DNA from: Octopus vulgaris
Lineage: Eukaryota
Length of the DNA: 64,000 nt
Direction of reading: 5' to 3'
Assembly (NCBI GenBank): GCA_951406725.2
Contig: OX597822.1
Span: 53,134,001 to 53,198,000 of the forward strand
Shown here one piece after another: positions 35,464 to 47,686 of the stretch. A program made the translations under genes and the position numbers. Below the pieces are notes generated by a model. The model saw only the letters and a list, made by a program, of their open reading frames with translations. It ran no database searches and was not told where the DNA came from. Within the stretch, counting starts at the first letter, position 1. Each line of letters opens with the position of its first letter.

Positions 35464-36978
35464 TAATTATTATTATTACTATCATTTAGGCTCACTGCCG
35501 GTAATTATGAGGTCAAAGAGGTTAGCTGATATCATTGACCCTAGCACTTGGTTGATATATATAATTTTGCTGGAGGGATGAAAGGTAAAGATGACCTTGG
35601 TATGATTTGAACTCAGAAAGTAGAGCAGTACAACTAAAAACCGTATTGCAATGCGAACTAATGCTCTAACGTTTCTACCATAGTGTTACCATTATAGTAA
35701 GGCACCGGTCACCTTTATCAGGAACATTAAATTTATGAAGTCTAAGTTGAAGCAGTACAAGAATCTAGTTGTTAGTTCCAAGAGTTTGCTACACATATTT
35801 TTATAGTGTTAGAATTTCTATAAATGTTGTTCAAAACGATAACGAATCAGATTAAATGTCTCAAATTTTGGCAATATGTGTTATAATTCAACGTATTCGA
35901 AGCTAGAGTCGATTGTGCTTTTCGAACATCCAAGAAATGTTCAAATATGAATCAATAAGAAACCGAAACACGGGCCAATCGACTGTATCTATAAAAACAA
36001 TTTTTGCCTTGTTCTTTGTCAAAAGAAATGGCAATTTCTCAATAATCCAGCGTCTAGCTGCTTTCACAGGAAGTTATTGTTGGATGAAGCAAGTAATTTA
36101 GGTTTCATCATTGCAAAATTTCATTCTAACCACAGTGCATTGGTTGAATTGCTAGAGTATAGGGAATAATGCCTTGAAAGATTTATTTATGGCCGTTTAC
36201 TCTTTGATTTCAAACACCACTGAGACCAGTTTTGCCTTTCATTCTTCCGTGGTAGTTGATAGAATAATTATCACTCGATATGATTGACTATACTCTTCTC
36301 TCTGAAATGTGTGACTTTGTGTTAATGTTAATAATCAATATTGTGTGATTGGAAAATGCAGGAAGGACAAAGCAGTGAGAAATACTGGAACATTTAAAAT
36401 ATGAAAAATTCTAGGTTTGACAATAGTCGGGGATCTATCATGGTGACTAAACATGTGCAACTTCCCGAAAATTGCGTAAGAGAGACAAACCTTCCATCGT
36501 TTTCTGGCCGTATACAACAGTCAACTAGGACCTAAACGTGAATACTGGTGACATACACTTGAAAATTTGCTATTATTGCGCGCGCACACAGAGCAATTAA
36601 TCTAGATAGCATTATAAATACCATGATACTCTTTAGTAGAAATTCTCTCCCAAGCATGGATTACCTTGCGTATGCACTATTTTATTTTTCTATATTCTCT
36701 ATATCTATATGACAGGATTTTTTTCTCCCCAGACATGCAAGCTCTATTGTCCCCACTGTGCTTAGGCATATCTTAGAAAATACTCATCTGTCTTTCACCA
36801 TCTTATTACGTTAAGCATTTTTTACCGAATCATTTCTTTCAAAAAATGGCTGCCCTCTGGAAATTTCTCTCTGGCTACGTTATTATTCTTTAATTGTTTA
36901 GCTCAGGCTAACCTTATCGGATATGCATATGATTATTGAATTTCAACTGTGATATTATATTGAGGCATAATATATCTT

Positions 36979-37434
36979 CATACTATTCTATGTTTTGGGG
37001 ATGAGGAATTATGTACATTATTTACAATGGACGGATAGGTGTCCTCATCTTGTTTGTTAACACAACGTTTCGGCTGATGTACTCTCCAGCCTTCATCAGG
37101 TGTTCTGGTGGAATTTCGTACCCAACCCTTTATTTGACTAATGGGGTAAACTGTTTTCATTCCTAAGGCTCGTTGATGATGTTATTTTTCTGTTGATATT
37201 ATTTCGGATTCTAAGTTCAATCCCAGGCAGGGACTTGAAAAATAATATCACCAGAGAAATAACATCAGCAACATACCTTAGGAATGAGAACAGTTGGGAA
37301 CAATTTGAGAACAATTTCGAATTGGTTGGGCTCGAAATTCCACCAGAACACCCGATGAAGGCTGGAGAGAACATTAGCTGAAACCTTATGATAACAACAA
37401 GGTAAATACATCTATCCGTCCATTGTAAATAATG
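36979..37434. mobile_element. Palindromic hammerhead-bearing retroposon with a partial tRNA head (older copy)
   Basis: Inverted arms around a B-box remnant gttcaatcccaggcag. Hammerhead on the minus strand at 37059-37104. atatatctt on both sides (36970-36978 and 37435-37443). Confidence 0.8.
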
Positions 37435-37672
37435 ATATATCTTATTCAGGCATAATGTATCCTAGATTACGCTACCCGATATATTCGAGACCGGGTTTTG
37501 ATTTTAGGAATTTGTCGTTGCTATATTTAGCTGGTTAACAAGCACACTATACTGTCCCCTTTGTTAAGTGGTCACACTTTGCTTACATTTGACCATTCTA
37601 CCAATGTTCGAAGCCGATCGTCAAATTCCCATTGATCTCACCAGTCTATGGGGTCTAAAAACTATAAACAAA

Positions 37673-37758
37673 TTACTTAAATTGCCGCCAAATTGGACAA
37701 CTCGCCGCCCTATTTTACAGACAATATTCATGTTTTAGCTGGAAACAATGCAGAAACA
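37673..37758. repeat. 86-bp dispersed direct repeat, second copy at 42083-42168
   Basis: 84/86 identical by inspection. Confidence 0.95.
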
Positions 37759-39486
37759 TCCGTACCGCAACCAATCGTTTAAAAACTCATTTTGTTTTTA
37801 CTCGTCAATTTTATAGTCGTCAACTCGTGGGGAGATCAATGATATAGATGCCACAGTAGGATAAGTAAAGAGAATACAAATGAACGAAGCTATATATATT
37901 TTTTATGAAATTCTCTACTGAATTTGCTAATTCATTAATCTGTAGAGAACTGTGTTTAATTAATGTGGTTTTATCTGACATTGTAGTGTTGCCGTTTTTT
38001 CACATTTTACAGTCGATTATTTTATCGACCAGCGAAGAGATGAATCACATATTTATTGCGATGGTATTTTAGCACGAAATGTGAATGAAAGAAACTTTTA
38101 ATTATCTCCATTTATTTTCTTTTACTTGTTTTTGCCATGGGACAGCACTCATACTGGGGTACCTTCTTGAAGGGTTTTAGTCGAATAAATCAACTCCACT
38201 ACATTTTTTTTTTTTGCTTTTTAAGTATCGTACTTATTCTATCGTTACCTTTTGCCGAACTGCTACATTACGGGTACTTAAACAAATTAACAAAACTTGT
38301 CGAGTGGTAGGGGAGGGGGGAATAAATACAAGAGAGACACACAAACTCACATACGATGGGTTTCCGCACAGTTTCTGTCAATAAAATTCACTCATACACC
38401 ATTAGCCCCGGAGCCTACAGTGGAAGGCATTTGCTCAAAGTACTGTGCAGTGGACTGAACTCGAAAGCAAAGTGAGCACAGACATGCTCAACTGCATTTA
38501 GCAATCGCATAAGCATAGAAAACCGAAGTTAATTAAATCGGTTTTAACTTACATTGTAGAACTGAATTCTTGTCAATTGTAAAAAAACAATTTCTTTTGA
38601 TATGTACAGTGATTTAACCCTCTCACATGGTGATGTAGAAATATCTCTTAACCCATTGAAAAACTAGGAGCCGACATTAGATTCCTGATAAACAAAGCAT
38701 AATTATTGTGAACAACATTTAAAAACATACAAAAATTATTAAATAAATATTATGAAATTAATTAGAATTTGAAGCACTGGAGAAATGTCGTACTGAATAA
38801 TGGCAATGGTTAATTTACTAAATTGAAATATTGATAGTAAGGAATTGTGAACTGGGAAATTCTTCAAATGCACTGAACCTATTAATAAGTCTTAATGTTG
38901 GGTGCCGGCTGTTTAGAAAAGATAAGCTTATAGATTTCTTAATTGCTGGAGCTGTTCGACTGTTTAATTTGAAAAATGGGCAAGAATCGATGTGAGCCAG
39001 GAAGCGAAATTCGATTATTGCCATTTTCTATAGCAACGTTAGCAGTATTCCGCTTATTATCTCTTCAAAACTTTCAGTCGCTTTGAACACATTTTAAACC
39101 TCGAATTATTTTCCAGTTGTTTCATGAGATTAGAAGCGAGCTTAGTTAATAAGATTGATAATTCAAAAGACAACTCATACTGCTCACTCTGGTGTGATGT
39201 GAATAGAATCACATACAAAGGATCCATTGTGTGAAGTATTCTTATGACAGGTTCAAGCTCATAAAAGAAGCTGAACATAGCAACTCAAGCAAATAAAAGA
39301 CTCGTCAATTATGTAGCCTTCCCGCTGTTACTCGTGCGAATTTATTATCACATGGACTGGGTCATTACGATTAAAAGCCTTGACCGAGGATATAACATAA
39401 CCCTTTTAATAGCATTTGAGCAATCAATCTCATATTCTCTCTTTAACCTGTTTTATGCTGCCATGAGTAAAACTTATCCAAATTTA

Positions 39487-39908
39487 CTCTGGCTGTGTAG
39501 TAAGTAGCCTGCTTACTAACCACATGGTTCCGGGTTCATTCCCATCGTGTGGCACCTTGGGCAAGTGTCTTCTACTATAGCCACGGGCCGACCAAAGCCT
39601 TGTGAGTGGATTTGGTAGACGGAAACTGAAAGAAGCCCGTCGTATATATGTATGTATATATATATATATGTATACGTGTGTATATGTTTGTGTGTCTGTG
39701 TTTGTCCCCCCCCAACATCGCTTGACAACCGATGGTGGTGTGTTTACGTTACCGTAACTTAGCGGTTCGGCTAAAGAGACCGATACAATGAGTACTAGGG
39801 CTTCCAAAAAATAGGTCCTAGCGTCGATTTGCTCGACTTATGGCGGTGCTCCAGCATGGCCGCAGTCAAATGACTGAAACAAGTAAAAGAGTAAAAGAGT
39901 AAAGAGTA
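39487..39908 (+). mobile_element. SINE family A
   Basis: Nearly full-length, with an (agtaaaag)n tail. Confidence 0.9.
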
Positions 39909-40321
39909 AGTTGGAGTGATGTCTGTGCTTATGTAGAATCCTTCTTTCTATCATGCAACCCTTTCAGCTGACCAAGAAATACTGATAATCGGATATTACA
40001 ACCACACACACCAACTCTGAACAGTTTTTTTTTTTTTTTTTTTGGTTATTTCCCGTCCTCAATTCATCTTCTATTTATTACTAACCCACTCAACAAAATT
40101 TTATTTGGACTCACATTCATTTGCCGCTCACATATCTTAGACATTATTGCTACTGAACACAGAGAAACATTTTATATTAATTCTGAAAGAATTCCCATCT
40201 GACTGCGACTGATCAGCAAGTATTCACCAATACTCTATAACAAATGACAAACAAACCAACTGTTTCCTCTTTCTCCACTCTCTCTCCTTTTTTCCTTCTC
40301 GATATCATCCCGTCTGATATA

Positions 40322-40790
40322 CATTATTTACATTATTTCTATTTGACGGATATTTGTCCTCATCTTTTTTATTGTTAACACAACGTTTCGGCTGATATAC
40401 CCCCCCCCCCCCAAACTTCATCAGGTGTCTTGGGGAAATTTCTAACCTGGGTTCTCATTCCTAAGGTATTTTTCGATGTTATTATTAGTATTATTAAGAT
40501 CACTACGCCACATGCTCAAGGGCATATGGTGTAGTGGTTAAGAGCGCGGGCTACTAACCCCAAGATTCTGAGTTCGATTCCAGGCAGTGACCTTAATAAT
40601 AATAACAACATCGAAAAATACCTTAGGAATGAGAACCCAGGTTAGAAATGTCCCCAAGACACCTGATGAAGGCTGGAGGGTATATCAGCCGAAACGTTGT
40701 GTTAACAACAAAGATGAGGACAAATATCCGTCAAATATAAATAATGTGAATAATGTACATAATTCCCCATCTCTTAAAATATAGAACTGT
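40322..40790 (+). mobile_element. tRNA-headed, hammerhead-bearing retroposon with an inverted 5' copy
   Basis: 15-bp TSD atcccgtctgatata (40307-40321 and 40791-40805), inverted arm at 40322-40504, tRNA head at 40520-40592 and hammerhead at 40658-40703. Confidence 0.88.
40658..40703 (+). ncRNA. Minimal hammerhead ribozyme motif (Penelope type)
   Basis: gacac-CUGAUGA-a-GGCUG..CAGCC-GAAA-CG-UU-guguu. Confidence 0.7.
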
Positions 40791-43700
40791 ATCCCGTCTG
40801 ATATAATTATCTGCATATCTTTTCTTTCTCGGTTCACTTGATTTTCACACCTCTTCTATCGTTACTGTTAGTGTGCCTCACCTCCCTATATCACCCATAT
40901 TGTATTATTTTCATTCCTTTTCTCTACAAACCGCCATATTCTTTCTCTCCAAACCGCTATATTCTTTAAATCTGCTTTAGATTATGCTTTCCTTCTATAT
41001 TCCCATCTGCAGATCTAAATATCCGGATCGATCAGAAGTGGCTGCAATGGTTATAAATATTACATCCTCCTTCTCTAAGTGATTTATAACACAAAATCTT
41101 TGAATATTGATCATTATTTGCAATGAGGAATAAAAGTCTTCCAGTGAGACATGAACCATCAGATTTGTGTGTCTTCAATGCAAAGAGAAAATAAAGATAA
41201 TGCCCTAGAGGAAGGTATGATTGACACAACATTGATTCCTCCTCCGCTACAAACATTGATAATAAAAACAAATATATGGTGCAGGAAAAATTATGAAGTT
41301 GAGAAGACTATCCTTTTCTTGTATATATTCGAAACTTAAATATACATAATTCTGGAGAGGCAAATATGTTACAATTGAATGTAGATTTTCTCCTCTAATC
41401 TGGGAAATCATATTTAAATGCGGAAACAGAAAACACTAGGATACATGTTTCATGGTAGCGAAATCAGTAGAGCTGTATCTACTTTGATATACTCTGTCAC
41501 TAATTATCCTGAGAAAGTATTAACATTACAATTTATCTCACTCGTCTCCAAAGGTGAAGAGTTTTATTGTTTATCCAAAAAAAAAAAAAAATTTTTACTT
41601 CAATGGAAAGCATATTCTTCTCGTTTTAAAGAATTATTATTTGAAATTTGAAACCTATATTAAAGAAACGAGCACTTAGCGACGTATATTTTGTAATTGG
41701 GATGTATTTCTTTCAAGTGATCTCATATATTTTATCGTTACTAAGTAACGTAATTAATATTTAGCTACGTTTGGAAACAAAAGATATGAGTTAATTCAAT
41801 CGAAGGAGAGACTTCGTGTCACCTCTATGTAGATATAATTGGTACCAAGTAACCTTTTTTTTTCTTTAAACCTATCACTGAGAGCTAATCGCTTGTATAA
41901 TATATGATGCAAATAATTCCCGAACGATATTGATTTCTGTTTAGTAGGAACAAAGCCAAATTTTGCAGCAAAAACGTATAGTCGATTAAATCAGTCTCAC
42001 TAATATTATGTATTATATATATCGACCCTGGCAAGATTTGAATTCAGCACGCAATGGGACGAAACTAATTGCTGTAAGACATTTACTTAAATTGCCGCCA
42101 AATTGGACAACTCACCGCCCTATTTTACAGACAATATTCATGTTTTAGTTGGAAACAATGCAGAAACAAAGTGGTTGATTGGTTAAGGTATTGGAGTACT
42201 AGCACATAAATCGCAGGTTCAAATCTATTTCAGGCGTGCGTTTGCTTCTTTGTGCGGAAGTCTGTATTCTCCATACTTGTACATATTTATTTATTTATTT
42301 GCTGGTTACCAACTGATAAAACATCATGGAAACTTGCTTTCAATAGAGTAGCATCTAGTGCAGGCGGATATTTGTCATTCATCTAATTAATGAAAAAGAA
42401 AAAGAAAAATTATAAACATTTGTACGAACTTTCACGATGTTAAATAGCAGGCTAAGGTAAAGTCGAGGTTGTGTGATTAAAAACTTCACTTCAAAATAAA
42501 TATGGTTTCAGGTTCGATTCCTCTGCTATAATGGTGAATATGTGATTCGTTTGGGCAGAAGTTTACTACCGTCTCAACAGCGGTCGCTCACATACTACAA
42601 ATCATCTTTCTTTTTTTATGAGAAATTTAATGCAACGACATTCATGCCTTTCCAAATGTATTAGCGACGTAAATAAAGCATTTAGTTTTCAAGGGAGCAT
42701 CGAAACTATGTTCGTCAGCTATTTGCACACCACTTTAGATATGGAGTGACATGGTACAAAAGACAAAAACTTATATCGCGAGGTTCATGATTTTATTCAA
42801 GTGTATTATTGGCATGAGTGAAGTGGAGTAAACCAAAAATGAAAATCTATATTTTATTAATATTTTTATACAACGGAGATTTTTTTTTCTAATATAATGA
42901 GATTGAATTCTCTCACAACAAATCTTTCTTTCCATACGCAGCACTTCCTTTACTTCATCACGAGCAATAAGTTCTCCTTTGTTGTCTATGTCTTCCAAGA
43001 ATTCTTTCAACGCAACCCCTATCGCAACTATTAACATCATTAAGATCATAAGCGTCACCACAAACATAAACATTACCACCACCGTCATCTTTCCTTTTCC
43101 TCATCGCCGCACCTCCAACGTCCTTAATATTGGGAGATGTAATTATGCACTAAAAAAGTAATTAAGAAGGAGAAAGGAAGTTAATAACCTGATGACGTCA
43201 ATGCATCGATGTGTGAGTCAGATTTCCTTTGTGAAGAAATAAAAGAATCACAAGTTGTTGATAACAAATAAATCTTTGAAAATTTTCATTTCCTATGTAT
43301 GAAAATATAAAAAGTAAACTTAAGACAATATAACTAGTTTTGTTGCAAGTACAAATGTGGGTTATTCTATTATTTTCTAACTTCACCTTTTTCCTTATAA
43401 AAAGATACGTTGCAGGCGTTTTAACAATGTTAAATTTCTATTCTTTGTTATGTGACTCAATTATAAGAACAAAGGGACCTAAGAGGGATCGGCGAAATTG
43501 GTGCGGTGGGCAAAATGTCATGCACTGTTTGTTTACGGCTTTTTACATTCTGCTTTCAAATCCTGCTAAAGCAAACTTTATCTTTCATCTATTCAGAGTC
43601 AATAGAATAACTACTGAAGTCGATACAATCGATGATATCATTCTTCCCCAAATCAATTGGTCTATTTCCGTCAGGTTCAATGATGAAGATTCTTTAAATT

Positions 43701-44159
43701 TTGCGTATAAGTGGTTGCGTATTCCACAGACCCGTGTACCCTTTAACGTAATTCTCAAGTAGAATTAGCATGACACAGTGCATGACAAGGCTGTACATTT
43801 GAACCAAAGTGTAATCTTTCCGACCATCTCCTATACAGTTTCCTGCAACCCATTTTCTATCACATGATATGAATTGACTCAACATTATGCAAAATGACAT
43901 TTGCTCTAGTTGCCGCACGATAAATCGATCCTTGGAACTCGGAGTCGCGAAGCGAATTCCTTACCCATTCGGTCATACTGCTCCTACAATAATGTCTATA
44001 TCTGTTTATTATCTTTTTGAATTAAGCGATGTTAATATGTTTCCTAAAAATAACTCAAATGGTTCAATGATATTTTAATTGAGATAAACATGTTCAGTGC
44101 CGATAGACTGAATGACTTACTCAAATATTTTCAATTCATCTTTCTTTCTGACATATTTT

Positions 44160-44680
44160 ACTCAAAGCCGACCTCGGCAGAATTTGAACCCAGATCGTAA
44201 AGACTGAGGAAATACGTTTTTCTTCTTTCTTTACTACCCACAAGGGGCTAAACACAGAGAGGACAAACAAGGACAGACAACGGATTAAGTCGATTATATC
44301 GACCCCAGTGCGTAACTGGTACTTATTTAATCAACCCCCGAAAGGATAAAAGGCAAAGTCGACCTCGGCTGAATTTGAACTCAGAACGTAGCGGCAGACG
44401 AAATACTGCTAAGCATTTCGCCCGGCGTGCTAACGATTCTGCCAGCTCGCCACCTAAGCCAAATAAATTATCCTTTCTACCAAAGGTGCAAGGCCTGAAT
44501 GTTTGGGGGAGGGTTTAAGTCGATTACATCGACTCCAGTACTCAACTGGTATTCAATTTATCGACCCCCTAAAGGATGATAGGCAAAGTCGACCCCGGCG
44601 GAATTTGAACTCAGAAAATAAAGACAAACGAAATGCCGCTAAGCATTTTGCCCGGCATGCTAACGATTCTGCCATCTCGT
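44160..44680 (-). mobile_element. SINE family B cluster with a nested Tx1-tailed copy at 44226-44455
   Basis: Family motifs and the gccccttgtgggtagtaaagaaa tail. Confidence 0.88.
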
Positions 44681-46419
44681 AGCTTAGAACCAAAATAAAC
44701 AATGCAAGGTATTTTATCCAGTTTTCTAATAACGTAGATACATGTTATGATTGACAAAATTACTCGCTCTATAGCTGAAGTATGGTGGAATAAGTAACAA
44801 TGAGCTATAGATTTCTTTGGATCGGCCGATCTACTACACATGTGTAGTAGGTCTGCTCCGTTAGCGCTGTCGTATGGTGCCAACAACAATTACAACGACC
44901 AAAATTGAACTGGTTGGATTTGAACGCAAACTGAAAAGCAAAGCAGCTAAATACTGCAAGACATTTTATCCATTATACTACTAATTCTGCCAATCTACCA
45001 CTATTTCAAACGTAAATATTGATTCGTATTATTGATGCTTATCATTTCCGCATATTTTCCGGGAGAATACAGTCGATTAAATTAAACCGAGTATTTGACT
45101 AGTTTTTCTTTTATTTTTATCGATCTCAGAACTCAGGACGTGAAAGAGTATAGAATGCCTTGTCCGATCTTCAAACGATTTAGCTACCCAACTCATATCT
45201 TTGTTACATTTGATGCGAACTCCTAGTCACTGCGTTTAAGGACAATAATATGTCACTGGAGAGCCCCCCTGACAATCACCAAAAACAGAATGCTCGATCG
45301 CCCAGACGCCATGATAGATCATTAGCCACTACACACATTTTTCTGTCTCCTTGTTTCTCTCCTTGTTTTTTCTGTGTACCTTTCTGTAGAAGAGCGTAGG
45401 CTCGAAACGTAAAATACTTTTTCTATTCCTGAGCGTTATACTAATACATCTGTTTGTTTTGTACACCACCTGTCTTCGTCTTTTGTTTTTTTCGTAAACT
45501 CTCCCTATATATATATATATATATATATATCGCCCAGTACCAGTATATAATATAATAGCTGTGTGCATCCCGAATCGATCCCTCTCAGGATCGATCCCTC
45601 TATGTGGTACTTTGGACATATGTCTCAAGTGTCTTCGACCAAGGTGTTAGTTTGCTCTGTGTTTTTTAAGGTAATTTGGTAGGAGAGTACTATCAGGAAA
45701 CTAATTGTATATATGTATTTTTGCAAGCATATATGTACGTATGCATGTATATTTGCATGCATATATCTATGTATTATGCATATGCGTCTGTGTGCTTGTA
45801 TATTGGCAAGGGATCGCTGATAAATCGGTGTACCGAACAAAATTACTCTTGGTATTTATCCTGCGCTACTTATGTGAATTTACGAAGACGTGAACTTTGC
45901 CATGGGATAAATAGATATCGATAAAATATGTACTGAATATAGTAATAATCGACCAAATCCTTAAAAGATTGTACCCCAGCATGGCATCAGCTGAAATACT
46001 GGAAACGGTTAAATAATAAAAGAGTATAAGAATGAAGAATGTAGTAACTGCGCTACCGCACAGTTTAAACTATGTTACGTTGAATTAGAGAAGTGATTTG
46101 TTTGTTGCATGTGAAGCAGATAAAGGAAAATCATTCCCGCGTGCATTCTTCACAGGAAATCAAGAATGCTTTAGAAGCATCAGATGTGTAATCTCCCAAG
46201 AACAGATACTGTAATATATAATGGTAGGAATAGCTATTGTCAGATTGTTCATATATTTCATTTTCAAAACTTCCATTGTATTCTAACATGAAAAAATCTC
46301 TGGCATATACACTACATGTTTCTGATGATAGCAGCCAAACAACCCTTAAATAACATTTCAGAATTGCACCTTGACACAGGAAGGACGTATTTGAAAATCT
46401 ACGTGGGAAGAGACTGAAT

Positions 46420-46810
46420 CTTTTACATGTTTCACTCATTAGACTGTGGCCATGCTGGGACACCACCTTGCAGAATTTTTAGTCAAATGAATCGAGCCCA
46501 GTACTTTTTTAAAGCTTGGTACTTGTTCTATCGATATTTTTTGCCGAAATGCTGTTATGAGGTTGTAAACACCGGTTGTCAAGTAGTAGTAAGGGACAAA
46601 TCCAGGAACAAACACAAACACGTATGTGTGTATATATATATATATGCGCAGGAGTGGCTGTGTGGCAAGTAGCTTGCTTACCAACCACATGGTTCTGGGT
46701 TCAGTTCCACTGTGTGGAACCTTGGACAAGTGTCTTCTATAGTCTCGAGCCGACCAAAGCCTTGTGAGTGGATTTGGTAGACGGAAACTGAAAGACGTCC
46801 GTCGTATATA
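46420..46810. mobile_element. SINE family A pieces: minus-strand 3' half and plus-strand 5' half
   Basis: The 5' half of the minus-strand copy resumes at 47705-47845, after the maT element. Confidence 0.75.
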
Positions 46811-46842
46811 TGTATATATATATGTATGTATGTGTGTGTATA

Positions 46843-47686
46843 CAGGTGCGGTGAATAAATTATCATCTAAATTACGCAAAAATGATATTTCACAGATATA
46901 TTTACCAAAATTTCATAAAAATATCTTGAAATACGAAAGAGTAAATTTATTCACTAAAATCGCCATTGGTTTCAACCATGGCTTCCAGACGACTTCTGAA
47001 TCTCCTGCAACTTTTTGGGGACTATCTCCTTGTTAAAGTTGGAAAATGCTGTCATAATCCTTGCCTTCTGGTCATCTTTGGTGTTAAAATGAGCTTTGTT
47101 GGTCTCTTGCTCGACTGTGCTACACACAAATTAATCTTAGGGGCTGCAGTCTGGCGAGTTAAGCGGCCAGTTGTTAGTAGTGGTGTGGTCGCAGAAGTAA
47201 TCTGATAGCCATGACTGCGTTCTCCTGCTTGTGTGGCATGGTGCAGAATCCTGTTGCCAGACATAAGGTCTTCCAGTGGCTACCTCTGGACCCAGAGCAA
47301 CACTACCTCCTCCAGGCACTTGATGTAGGCCTCCGTGTTGAGTATGAGGTCGTGTGGGAATATGAATGGAGGCAAAACGTCGCCACCACTGGTGATCCCT
47401 CCAAATATCAGGATGTTGACTGGATGATTGATGTTTATCACTTTCGGTACATGTCCTCAGATTGCACTCTCCTGAGATTGACACGCAAACACTCTGAAAT
47501 GTTCGGCGCGAATGCCAAGCAGTACAGCATGTCGTTTCCAAACTTCTGAATTGCGTCATGGTGCTGTTTTTCTCACAGACGGTGCCCAACTGACCCGACT
47601 ATATTGTGTAGTTGACAAAATCAAAAACAAACAATGCACATGCATGAAATTAAAATATAAAATGGCAATTTACCCATCACACCATG
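46843..47686 (-). mobile_element. Internally deleted maT (DD37D) transposon
   Basis: Degenerate TIRs with TA on both sides, and WQQDSAPCHTSRRTQSWL..WPLNSPDCSP. Same family as 21095. Confidence 0.85.

Noticed and set aside
39057-39278. Unique-sequence ORFs at 38818-39278 and 46131-46466 as host exons
   Set aside because: No recognisable domain or consistent splice structure.
41012-41082. Possible plus-strand terminal exon after a pyrimidine tract and CAG
   Set aside because: The peptides are short and unrecognisable, and no partner exons were found.
42771-43088. 105-aa ORF, perhaps a very old Tx1 ORF2 C-terminus (VKEVLRMERK)
   Set aside because: Similarity is too weak, and the N-terminus is low complexity.
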